Part shown: piece after piece, positions 26,999 to 35,837 of the stretch
How positions within the stretch are numbered: position 1 is the first letter of the stretch
Layout of the letters: every line of letters starts with the position of its first letter
From: a virus
Taxonomy: Duplodnaviria > Caudoviricetes
DNA: 64,000 bases
Reading direction: 5' to 3' (one strand)
IMG/VR virus record: IMGVR_UViG_2936514734_000001
Coordinates: 128,001-192,000 of that record
The notes under the pieces: model-generated
Told to the model about the DNA's origin: nothing
Seen by the model: the letters and a program-made list of their open reading frames with translations, nothing else
The model's database searches: none
Translations under genes and position numbers: made by a program

Positions 26999-29482
26999 TT
27001 ATGCTATTTTGTTAAAGTTACCTAAACGCATAGTTACTACATGTCCAACTTGTGCTTGAGAGAAGTTTACTACTTCTAGGATTGTTGCTTCATGTTGTTT
27101 GCCGTCCAACAATACAGCTTCAGTCATAGACGCTAGCCCTTGCGCTACAATCTGACCTTCCTTACCTAGAATTGAAACTACTTTACTAGTAATAGGGCCA
27201 CCGTTCATTTGTAATTCACTTACTACTTGAACCCGTTTGCCGACGGATTTTTGCCAAGAGACAGGAGGGAATCCTGTTGTGAATTGAATAACGGTTTCTG
27301 TTTCAGATAGATTGCCTGATCCATCTTGAATGTTACCTACTACTTGTGTTGTTTGCTTCTCTTCTGTTTGAGCATGAATACCTGTTTCTTTTAAAGTCTG
27401 AGTAATCACACCAGAAATTGCACCTTGTGCTTGATCTAAGACATTTTGACGATCCTGTGGTGTTAAAGCCGTTTGGTTACGAATTTCTTGTACAGCTCCA
27501 CCCGGATCTTTTGATTGAGATGTTACTAATTCTTGATAACCTTGAGCATAATTTGCTTGCGGATTTGGTTCTAGCAATTGTTTAGCTTGTTCTGGATTAT
27601 AATCTTTGTTTAATACTTGCTCCGCTGAAACAGTTTGTTCAGCTGCTGGTTGTGTTGCTTCTTGTGTATTTACAGATTGAACTTCTTCTGTAGTTTGAAC
27701 CAGTTGAGAAGCAGCTTTAGCTTCTTCTTGTTTTTGTGCAAGTTCGCGTTGTCTGAACGCAAATGCATCTTCAGTGATTGGTGCAAAGCTAGTTACATCT
27801 AACACTTCATCTTTATTTTCATACGGGAATGCATCTACTTCGATTAAGTAATCAAACTTAACAACTAATTTCTTACGTTGCGTTGATTCATCAGTTACTA
27901 AATCAACATCTGTTAAACGGGCAACCCATTTAGAGTTACGCATTTGTTGTTTGGATAAGATATTTTCTGTAGTAGCCATTTCAAACACGTCATACATTAA
28001 CGCAATACGGTTTGTGTTGTCTGATGTATTATGATAGAATCCCAAACTTAATGACTGTCCAACCATAGCTTTAGCAGCTTCTAAACTAAACATTGCCTCT
28101 GCTTTAGGGTGAAGTACTAACTCTAGTTTATCAGTTACAGGGAAGTCAGCTGGAACTTCACCTTGTGCTTGTAATTGAACTGCTGGTTTAGCAGGTTGTT
28201 CTTGAGTAACTGGCGGCGCCTGCACAGTTTCCCCGATCACTTCTGCATCTAATTTAAATTGAATAAATGTATTACCATTTGCTTCTTTAATTGTATAATC
28301 TAGAATTTTAGCAGAGTAGTTGTTTGGTTTTAATGGTGATTTTTCATCAATACCAATAACTACTGTTCCGTTAGCGTTCTTAGTAAAGAAACGAGCTGTA
28401 CCATTAGCACATGTAATTCCATAAGGTTGTTGTACAACTACGTCTTTTTGATTTTTAAAGATGTCTACAAAGTTAGGGTGAATTAAGAAGCTAGTAACTA
28501 AGAAAGGTTTTTCTTCAGTTGTTGCTTCTTCTTGAACAGGTTGGACTTCTGATTGAGTAGTAACCTCTTCATCCTTTTGTTCAGTAACTGTTGTTTCTTT
28601 AGCTGATTCCTCTTCTTTTTCCTTAGCATGTTCTGGAACCTCTCCTTTTTCAAGAAGGTTTCTCACGTTCTTAACAATCCAATGATCGTCATCTAGTAAT
28701 TGAAGATTTTTATAAGTCACATCTGTGTAACGTGCACGAGATTTCTTAGTGATTTCACTAAATGACACAACTTGTACAGAGATAAATCCATTATTCTTTA
28801 AGTGGTCTTGTACATGTTGTGGGAATTGTTCTAACTTAATTGTTTTTGCAATAGCAACTACTTCATCATCTAAGCAAAGAACTAATGTGAATGAACGTTT
28901 TTCACGGAACATTACACCGCCACGTTCAATGATAGTATCTAAATGTTTATCATTTGTTGGTGAAATAAGTCCAAAAGTTTCTACATACTCCGTTTCATCT
29001 ATAGGTTGTGTCTCTGCAGATACTTCAGCTTTTACTTCTTGCTTAACTTCAGCAACAGGTGCTTCTGCAACTACAGGAGCTGGTTGAGTTTCAACTTTAA
29101 CTTCCTCTACTTCTAGGCTCATTTCTTCTTGAAGTTCTTGCGCTGGTTCTGTTTGCTTTTCTACTACAACAGACTCAGTTGCAACTTCCTCTTGCTTAGC
29201 TTCTTCATTTGTTGTTTCCTGAACAGCTGGTGTTTCAACTACCTCAGAAGTAGTTTCTTCAATACTTACAGGTTCTTGGATTTCTTTCGTAGCAGATGGG
29301 ACAATATCGTCGATTGCGCGTTCAATATTAAAATCCGGTGCTTCCACATTTGCTACTTCTACGCCTTCAACAGCGAATACTTCTAAGTATTTATGAATAG
29401 CAGAGATAATCCCTTGCTTAACCTCAGTATCTTCTTCAAAATTTACACGTTTTAATAGTTTATCAAATTGTTCTACTTTCAT
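26999..29482 (-). CDS. Large acidic multi-domain hypothetical protein (start probably MKVEQF)
   Basis: RBS AAGGAGAG before the ATG near 29480; E/Q/T-rich linkers between globular segments. Confidence 0.7.
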   Translation of the reverse strand: MKVEQFDKLLKRVNFEEDTEVKQGIISAIHKYLEVFAVEGVEVANVEAPDFNIERAIDDIVPSATKEIQEPVSIEETTSEVVETPAVQETTNEEAKQEEVATESVVVEKQTEPAQELQEEMSLEVEEVKVETQPAPVVAEAPVAEVKQEVKAEVSAETQPIDETEYVETFGLISPTNDKHLDTIIERGGVMFREKRSFTLVLCLDDEVVAIAKTIKLEQFPQHVQDHLKNNGFISVQVVSFSEITKKSRARYTDVTYKNLQLLDDDHWIVKNVRNLLEKGEVPEHAKEKEEESAKETTVTEQKDEEVTTQSEVQPVQEEATTEEKPFLVTSFLIHPNFVDIFKNQKDVVVQQPYGITCANGTARFFTKNANGTVVIGIDEKSPLKPNNYSAKILDYTIKEANGNTFIQFKLDAEVIGETVQAPPVTQEQPAKPAVQLQAQGEVPADFPVTDKLELVLHPKAEAMFSLEAAKAMVGQSLSLGFYHNTSDNTNRIALMYDVFEMATTENILSKQQMRNSKWVARLTDVDLVTDESTQRKKLVVKFDYLIEVDAFPYENKDEVLDVTSFAPITEDAFAFRQRELAQKQEEAKAASQLVQTTEEVQSVNTQEATQPAAEQTVSAEQVLNKDYNPEQAKQLLEPNPQANYAQGYQELVTSQSKDPGGAVQEIRNQTALTPQDRQNVLDQAQGAISGVITQTLKETGIHAQTEEKQTTQVVGNIQDGSGNLSETETVIQFTTGFPPVSWQKSVGKRVQVVSELQMNGGPITSKVVSILGKEGQIVAQGLASMTEAVLLDGKQHEATILEVVNFSQAQVGHVVTMRLGNFNKIA

Positions 29483-29567
29483 TATTATTCTCTCCTTTGC
29501 AAATGCTTGTATTGTATTTTCAATTTCAACTAATGTACTCAAACGACTTACTCCTCTCAGTCTTTTG

Positions 29568-29701
29568 AGCAACCTTCTAGGCAAGGCTGGGTTAGGGCGT
29601 CACACCTAACCCATTCTCCTTTGCCTTTAAAACAGAAAAGGATGATATCTGTATGTCCAGAACAGAAAAGGAGGGTAGTCAGCCCTCCCTAGAAGGTTGC
29701 T
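29568..29701 (-). ncRNA. Scaffold sRNA, copy B
   Basis: Terminal helix GCAACCTTCTAG/CTAGAAGGTTGC; GGAGGG-CTGACTA-CCCTCC hairpin; CCTTGCCTAG 3' motif. Confidence 0.6.
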
Positions 29702-29715
29702 AATGCTTTTGTTTT

Positions 29716-29847
29716 AACAGTCCTCTAGGCAAGGAAAGATGTTTCATCACGACATCTTTGTAATCCTCACCCAATCTAAAATCTGGAGGTAAAGTAAAAT
29801 AATTTACGAAAAGCTGGAGGATAGTCACCCCTCCCTAGAAGACTGTT
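29716..29847 (-). ncRNA. Scaffold sRNA, copy A
   Basis: Terminal helix AACAGTCTTCTAG/CTAGAGGACTGTT; GGAGGG-GTGACTA-TCCTCC hairpin; same 3' motif. Confidence 0.6.
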
Positions 29848-29863
29848 TTAAATGACTGAAAGT

Positions 29864-29892
29864 AACGTAAGCAGTTTGTATAAAAAAATCAA
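29864..29892 (-). promoter_or_regulatory. SigA-like promoter TTGATT-N17-TACGTT driving the tandem sRNAs
   Basis: Shared TGCTTACGTT motif about 15 nt upstream of copy A. Confidence 0.65.
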
Positions 29893-30011
29893 TGCTTGGG
29901 CTATTTAATTTACTTAATTTCGGCAAAAAATTTAGGCAAAAGAAAAAGCCCTTCGGCAAAAGGACTCTTTCGTTTAACTAAATTCAAAAAGGATAGGGGC
30001 GTTAGCCCCTA

Positions 30012-30824
30012 TTATTTGATTGGCAACAATGTTGCTCTTGAAGAATGCGTAAGTGCATTAAAGTTAGTGTAGTGATGATACAATCTTCTCTCCGCTAGGA
30101 TTTGATTCAAATAACCCATCGTAATCAAAGCGGCCATCTCATTTGATTGCATTCTTTGTGGTTGAGATACTACATTTTGTCCACAACTTTGAGAAGGTAA
30201 AAGACTCTCTTCATCTTCTAAAATATCAGGATATACACTAGCTACCGGTGGCAGAATTGTATCGTTATGATGAATTCCACATACACAATGACCTGCATAG
30301 CCTGAACGTCTTTTGTCTTCATCGGTTCCTTCTTGCAAGATACCATCTACTCCACAATCAATATAAATAAGATTTTGGTCTTGTTCGAAATATTTATGCA
30401 TAATCTTTCTTGAAGCGTGATTATCCACCGCTCCAATAAGAACCCTAAATAACAAACGTGATTCTTCTAAAACAAATGTTTCTTGATTAGATTGAAAGCA
30501 TTTTGCTAATTCTTCTTCAGACTCTACATATTCTTCTCGATAGAAGATAGGAAACTGATAGGACTTGCCGTAACGTTCCGCTAATATTTTAGCCTTGTTC
30601 TTATTTAAGTCCCTTGGTAGAAAAGGTTGACGCTGTAGATTCTTTTCTTCAACATGATCTAAATCGACAATCGTGTAAGAAAATGTAGTATGAGAAGAAT
30701 TGCTAGATAAAGAGGATAATAACTTAGCTAAACGCTGAGTTATGTACCCACCATTCCCTCCCGCACCAACCTGTACAATATCAAAGTGAATTGTTTTTTC
30801 AGGGAAAAAGTCTAGTGCTTTCAT
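30012..30824 (-). CDS. ThiF/E1-like Ubl-activating enzyme (PRTRC-type), module 1
   Basis: VGAGGNGG, DLDHVEEKNLQRQ, KAKILAERY, GAVDN, SCG candidate catalytic Cys. Confidence 0.88.
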   Translation of the reverse strand: MKALDFFPEKTIHFDIVQVGAGGNGGYITQRLAKLLSSLSSNSSHTTFSYTIVDLDHVEEKNLQRQPFLPRDLNKNKAKILAERYGKSYQFPIFYREEYVESEEELAKCFQSNQETFVLEESRLLFRVLIGAVDNHASRKIMHKYFEQDQNLIYIDCGVDGILQEGTDEDKRRSGYAGHCVCGIHHNDTILPPVASVYPDILEDEESLLPSQSCGQNVVSQPQRMQSNEMAALITMGYLNQILAERRLYHHYTNFNALTHSSRATLLPIK

Positions 30825-30828
30825 CTAA

Positions 30829-31395
30829 TCACCCTTTCTTTGCGCCTGAGACAACAGGAACAACAAGCTTTTTCTCTTCATCTACTTCCATACGACAACG
30901 TTCCTTTGAGAGTTCAGGGTAATCTAATTCCAGCCATTGTCTTAATGCATCTAATGTCATATCGTCCTCTGGTGGATTATGTTGTTGAGCAGCATAAGCA
31001 ACAGTCCATGTTTTATCTACCTTCATATCTTCTTTCTTTTTAACCTGATTCTTAATAGCTTTCGATACAGCGGAATTTTTCTTAGGCTTAGCTTTACTCT
31101 CCTTTTTAACAGGAACTACAGGTGGTTCTTCTTTTTCCTCTTCCTTTTTAACTTCTACCACAGGTGGTTCTTCTTTTTTCTCCTGTGCTTGAGGTTGTGC
31201 AAATGGATTGTCCGTTGTATTTGCGTTTAAATTAGCAAATGGATCAGCGGCAGGCATATTAAATAAATCCGCCCCTGCAGGTTGTTGAAACACGTTATCA
31301 AACCCTTTTGCTTCATTATTTTCTAAGAATGTATTAGCTGTTAAATCTACACTTCCAAATAAATCGTTTGTTTTATTGTTATTATTTTCGCTCAT
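30829..31395 (-). CDS. Disordered N-terminus + C-terminal prokaryotic ubiquitin-like domain ending KKG
   Basis: MTLDALRQWLELDYPELSKE...VVSGAKKG resembles Prok_Ub/PRTRC-C (YPEL...KG). Confidence 0.7.
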   Translation of the reverse strand: MSENNNNKTNDLFGSVDLTANTFLENNEAKGFDNVFQQPAGADLFNMPAADPFANLNANTTDNPFAQPQAQEKKEEPPVVEVKKEEEKEEPPVVPVKKESKAKPKKNSAVSKAIKNQVKKKEDMKVDKTWTVAYAAQQHNPPEDDMTLDALRQWLELDYPELSKERCRMEVDEEKKLVVPVVSGAKKG

Positions 31396-31424
31396 ATGTT
31401 TAACCTCTTTCTATTATTGTTATA

Positions 31425-32129
31425 TTAAGCTTCTGGATAATATTTTCTAACAAATTGTTTTACGATATCCTGTACTGACCAATTAGTTTCTACGAGTTTG
31501 TCATAATCAAAAACAGATTCATTTTGTAATTTCATAAATACATGTCTTAATGAAGTATTCCAGTTGTTCGTTGTCGCTTCAGAATAATAGTGATCTGTAA
31601 ACGAAGCGGACATCCAGTTATGAATAAACGATGACATCTGCGCTAAGTCTTGTACTTCAGACATAAAGAAGAAACACATGTCGCCATCAGATTGAACATG
31701 CGAAAATGGGAACCTATAAAGTTTTGTTGTGTCCCGTAAAACTTTATCCTTAAAACAGAAACATCTTTTTCTCTCTAGTACATACTTACCTTCTGAAGGC
31801 TTAAATACAAAAATGAATAATAAGTTCGGAAAAAGAACATTATCAAATTTTGTTTCATGATATTTGATATTGTGATTTTTCTGTTTCATCTCCATAAATA
31901 AAACAACCTTATCGTCTGGTAGTGTTAAATACTTCACAGTACCTGGTGGTAAAGCAGGTGTTTCAAATACAGGCATTTCATATTTCTTTCTAGTGGTTTT
32001 TCTTTCATAACAATTACGCATTAAAAATTCAAACAATGTATTGTGATCAACGTCAAAAGAACGTTTTAACCCGTCGTGTTCGTACTCTATATGTGGTAAT
32101 TTTTGATCTCCTAATGTAATTTGTATCAT
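31425..32129 (-). CDS. Prokaryotic E2 family D (PRTRC protein B-like), module 1
   Basis: TPALP, FPNLLFIF, LYRFPFSHV..DGDMC. Confidence 0.72.
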   Translation of the reverse strand: MIQITLGDQKLPHIEYEHDGLKRSFDVDHNTLFEFLMRNCYERKTTRKKYEMPVFETPALPPGTVKYLTLPDDKVVLFMEMKQKNHNIKYHETKFDNVLFPNLLFIFVFKPSEGKYVLERKRCFCFKDKVLRDTTKLYRFPFSHVQSDGDMCFFFMSEVQDLAQMSSFIHNWMSASFTDHYYSEATTNNWNTSLRHVFMKLQNESVFDYDKLVETNWSVQDIVKQFVRKYYPEA

Positions 32130-32692
32130 GCAATGTTTTCTCTCCCTTCAGGTTCAAGTAATAAGTAAATATATTCGTTTATTTCTCTAAGTTCTAACAA
32201 GAATTCAATAGTTGTGTGAACATCTATGCCACCATTGTCTTGCATACCAATCATAAAAGTTGCAGGCTGCCGTGCAAATTCACGAAATATAGGCTCTTCG
32301 CTAGTAGCCATAGTTGAATCAGGTAAATATACAAACTCAACTAAGTTACCTCCACCTTTTGAGTGTAGAAGCTGAATGTTTCTAGTAAACTCAAGGAATG
32401 CAGGATGATTAGCATATGGAAGTAGTTCTGGTATACGAAATGCACCTAAGATGTAATAATTCCACCCCTCTGCATGTTCATCATGGATTACGCTAGGGAC
32501 ATCTATCCATTCAAACTGAAAATCAAACATAAGATCCAGAGAGTTATAAATATCGTGAAGATACAAGTCCATATCATCGTCCAATGAATTTCTTAAGAAA
32601 TCTACAAAACGTTCATCCTCTATTCCATGTTTTAATTCAACCGTCTGAATGAATAAATTTTTTTTAATCTCTGCTGCAGAATATTTAAACAT
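32126..32692 (-). CDS. Hypothetical protein
   Basis: 188-aa ORF coupled to the E2 gene. Confidence 0.65.
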   Translation of the reverse strand: MFKYSAAEIKKNLFIQTVELKHGIEDERFVDFLRNSLDDDMDLYLHDIYNSLDLMFDFQFEWIDVPSVIHDEHAEGWNYYILGAFRIPELLPYANHPAFLEFTRNIQLLHSKGGGNLVEFVYLPDSTMATSEEPIFREFARQPATFMIGMQDNGGIDVHTTIEFLLELREINEYIYLLLEPEGRENIA

Positions 32693-32693
32693 A

Positions 32694-33341
32694 TTAAGCT
32701 ACACCTACTTTCTTTCGCTTCTTTATTTCTCCTACAAGATCCTCATAAAATTCACGATAAAACCTTGCGAAATCCATATATGCATTCATAAAGCTAGGGC
32801 CGTAATCATCTACCGTGTGACACTCTATGTCGAAATATATAATGAAGGTGTACTTCATATGGTTCATGTACCTTGTGTAGGACTTACTATCTCCTCCAAA
32901 AAACTGCGTCATAAAGAATGCTTTGTAGAATTCAAGGAAATTCATGAATGAACCATTCATTCCTTCAAACAATTGATTCATACGTAAGGTCCAATCAATT
33001 TGTTCTTGTTCGCTAAATAGATGGAGATTATCAAACAAAAGACCAAAATGAAAAATGCCACCAAATTCGATGGAGAACTGGTCTTCCACGTTCGCCCTTA
33101 TATTTTCTAAACAACCTGCAAATCCATCTTCGGGCCAATCTAATATCACTGATCCACATAGTCTTGATACGGTTTCAGGAACAAATACAGCAAAAACCAA
33201 ATCATCATACATATCGAAAGTTCCTTTACTAGGTGGCTCTTCTGGATTATCAGACAGAGTATTAACATATTCTTGGCATCTTACATAACTTTCATAGAGT
33301 AAAATATTTTTAAAGTATACAAACCCATAGTCCTTAATCAT
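32694..33341 (-). CDS. Hypothetical protein
   Basis: 215-aa ORF in operon. Confidence 0.65.
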   Translation of the reverse strand: MIKDYGFVYFKNILLYESYVRCQEYVNTLSDNPEEPPSKGTFDMYDDLVFAVFVPETVSRLCGSVILDWPEDGFAGCLENIRANVEDQFSIEFGGIFHFGLLFDNLHLFSEQEQIDWTLRMNQLFEGMNGSFMNFLEFYKAFFMTQFFGGDSKSYTRYMNHMKYTFIIYFDIECHTVDDYGPSFMNAYMDFARFYREFYEDLVGEIKKRKKVGVA

Positions 33342-33733
33342 ATAAAGTCACTTTCTTCATCAATAAATTCTTTCAATACAGAAGCTTGTTGTTCTACTCC
33401 AAGGCTTCTTCCGAATTCATAGTAATAATCACGTCCATTTGAAGAAGATGCCTTATCCATAATGTCTTGTAAATCATCATTTATATGTTCATATGCTATT
33501 TCTAATATTTCTCCGCTGTATTCATCCAACATACTTTTTGGAAGTTCACCCTGAGTGAAAAGAACCTTATAAATTTTAGCTATCTTTCCGTAGCGGATTA
33601 ACCAATCCATAGGCATGCTCTTATCTAAATTAGCTTCAAATGTAGTAATTAAGTTTGCAACGTTAACTTTTTCTGTTGGTATCTTTTCTACAACAGTAGT
33701 AAGATCTTGAATGCCATGTAATTTTACCTTCAA
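33338..33733 (-). CDS. Hypothetical protein
   Basis: Overlapping ORF chain. Confidence 0.6.
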   Translation of the reverse strand: MKVKLHGIQDLTTVVEKIPTEKVNVANLITTFEANLDKSMPMDWLIRYGKIAKIYKVLFTQGELPKSMLDEYSGEILEIAYEHINDDLQDIMDKASSSNGRDYYYEFGRSLGVEQQASVLKEFIDEESDFI

Positions 33734-33948
33734 TGTACTTCCTCCTTTGTAAGAGAATTTATAAGGCTATTAAAGTACTTATCATCGGCTCCCAACTGTT
33801 CTGCTAATTCACGTAATGCAATAGATTTACCGTATTCTACATTCATTTTTTGAAAATCATTAAACTTTCTATATTCATCAGCTTTTACTTCAGCCATGAC
33901 TATATTTAAAGCGATTATATTCAATATCTTTATTTGAGCTATAAACAT
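33730..33948 (-). CDS. Hypothetical protein
   Basis: RBS AAGGAGTG. Confidence 0.6.
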   Translation of the reverse strand: MFIAQIKILNIIALNIVMAEVKADEYRKFNDFQKMNVEYGKSIALRELAEQLGADDKYFNSLINSLTKEEVH

Positions 33949-34007
33949 AAAATCACTCCTTCTAAAAAAGTAAAACCGCTACTGTACTAAGCAGCGGTTC
34001 ATGTTTA

Positions 34008-34118
34008 TTATTTATTCGGACGCTTGATTACAATATCTCCGTCAATTAATCCTCGAATGATAGTAATTGTAAGCGCAAAAGATATTATCGTAGAAATAAC
34101 TGTAATGAAACTAGTCAA
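34008..34118 (-). CDS. 36-aa single-TM peptide (not in track)
   Basis: RBS AGGAGGTG, TTG start; MTSFITVISTIISFALTITIIRGLIDGDIVIKRPNK. Confidence 0.55.
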   Translation of the reverse strand: MTSFITVISTIISFALTITIIRGLIDGDIVIKRPNK

Positions 34119-34141
34119 AAGATCACCTCCTGAAGATTTAA

Positions 34142-35026
34142 TTAATAATCATCATTATCTTCTAAATATCTGCGTTTCATTTCATCAGTAATAGAGATAA
34201 CTTTCTTAGCTAAAACATTATGCATTTCAAATTCTTCAGCTTGACTCCCCATTCCGCTTTGAATACTCCAATGTTTTCGAAGTCGCAACAACATAATCTG
34301 CATCGAGATAAGATCAATGATTGCATCTGCTAATTCTAAATTGTTTGATTTAGCTACTTCCATAACTAAAGACTTCATTAGATACCAACCATCTGCAGAA
34401 GATGAAACAGCTTCAATAAAGATATTTCCTGCACCTTCATTAAAATGGTGTAAGCTATAAGGGAAATCTAATTTTCTTTTTTCATCTTTAAAAACATCTG
34501 GATACTTCTCTTCAAGTTCCTCTCTTAGCTGTTTAATTTCCTGCTCATATTTAGAGACAAATAATTCAGCACCTTGTCTGTATTGTAATCGTAGGTGTTT
34601 GATGTTATCTGATAGAGTGTCAAACACGTCTTGACGCACCATCATAAAACCAATATCTTTATAAACACCTCGTTCAATATAATCATTGATTAATTCATCA
34701 AGATTTGCAGGCTTGCCATTGAGTCTATTATGATTTAATTCTTCTTCATCAATTTTGAAATTGATATTGTCACTCATTAAGTGGGTAAATGCTATTTCAT
34801 GAAGACCTGTAAAATTCTCTACACCGCCATAATCATTGTATTCACCATAGATAGGCATAGAGATTGGAAACCATTGATCCCACGGATAACAAAAACCACC
34901 TGAATTTGTTTCTGCATGTTTTTGATGTTTTAAAACAAAAAGAACTACTTTCTCCCCGCTTAAAATTGGTAAATTACTTAATCCACATGTACCATTCCAA
35001 CAACCCATTATAATTACCCCCGTCAT
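34142..35026 (-). CDS. Phage hypothetical protein
   Basis: MGCWNGTCGLSNLPI...GEYNDYG. Confidence 0.7.
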   Translation of the reverse strand: MTGVIIMGCWNGTCGLSNLPILSGEKVVLFVLKHQKHAETNSGGFCYPWDQWFPISMPIYGEYNDYGGVENFTGLHEIAFTHLMSDNINFKIDEEELNHNRLNGKPANLDELINDYIERGVYKDIGFMMVRQDVFDTLSDNIKHLRLQYRQGAELFVSKYEQEIKQLREELEEKYPDVFKDEKRKLDFPYSLHHFNEGAGNIFIEAVSSSADGWYLMKSLVMEVAKSNNLELADAIIDLISMQIMLLRLRKHWSIQSGMGSQAEEFEMHNVLAKKVISITDEMKRRYLEDNDDY

Positions 35027-35028
35027 TT

Positions 35029-35355
35029 TTAATTTGATTCTATATATAATTCTTTAAAACGTTTTGTATTGATTACGTTAATTTGATTGTCAGTAATAAC
35101 AACCCAATCATTATGTTTAACACGAACTCTTTGTTCATTGATTACCACGTAAGGAATAAGATCCTTTTTTGGTCTTCTAAACAATTTTCGTTGTCTTTCA
35201 AATTCTTCAAGCGATAAGTCTTCGCTATATATCCAGTTCTGGTTGAACCAAGTGCGAGTATTAAAGCATACTCCAGCTTCTTGGCCACGCTTGAATTGAA
35301 AGGCTTGTACCTTTTTAGGCTCAACAGGTTTCTCCTGATAAGTAGTAAGGTTCAT
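35029..35355 (-). CDS. Hypothetical phage protein
   Basis: KPVEPKKVQAFQF...NDWVV...F..LY pattern. Confidence 0.65.
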   Translation of the reverse strand: MNLTTYQEKPVEPKKVQAFQFKRGQEAGVCFNTRTWFNQNWIYSEDLSLEEFERQRKLFRRPKKDLIPYVVINEQRVRVKHNDWVVITDNQINVINTKRFKELYIESN

Positions 35356-35469
35356 GTTGCTACCTCCATATTTTTATGTTTACAAGCAGCGGTTCGACAT
35401 CGCTAGGTCAAATCGTTGTTTCTAAACATAAAGAAAGGAACGCCCCAGTTAAGGAGCAATTCCTTCATT

Positions 35470-35832
35470 CTAGATAACAAACCCAACGTAAGGTTCACTA
35501 TCAATAGTTTTTATAATTTCCATATCCATAAACTTTTCAACGATATTAGAAGTATCCGTGTAATCATGGTAAAAATTCGTGTTAGACACTAACTTCATAT
35601 AGTCGTTATGCATTACGAATAATTTATTTGGGTAAATACCATTTCTTCTTACAAATTCATGGTATTTGTAAAAAATCGCATCTACAAGATCGCGTGTTTT
35701 AAATTTATATCTGTCACGTCGGGCATAATCCATAATTTCATCTACCTCTTCATGATATCCACGAAAAGGAGTGCCAATGTATTCACTTGCAAACACTGGA
35801 TTATTGCCTATAAATCTAGTGTCGCCTGACAT
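35470..35832 (-). CDS. Hypothetical protein
   Basis: 120-aa ORF. Confidence 0.6.
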   Translation of the reverse strand: MSGDTRFIGNNPVFASEYIGTPFRGYHEEVDEIMDYARRDRYKFKTRDLVDAIFYKYHEFVRRNGIYPNKLFVMHNDYMKLVSNTNFYHDYTDTSNIVEKFMDMEIIKTIDSEPYVGFVI

Positions 35833-35837
35833 TGTAA

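Noticed and set aside
29483-29584. N-terminal extension of the 861-aa ORF
   Set aside because: The good RBS precedes MKVEQF; the extension overlaps sRNA copy B.
29653-29703. Plus-strand mini-ORF MSRTEKEGSQPSLEGC with an RBS (type I toxin?)
   Set aside because: Not hydrophobic, no equivalent in copy A, and both the promoter and G-U pairs indicate minus-strand transcription; better read as the antisense segment.
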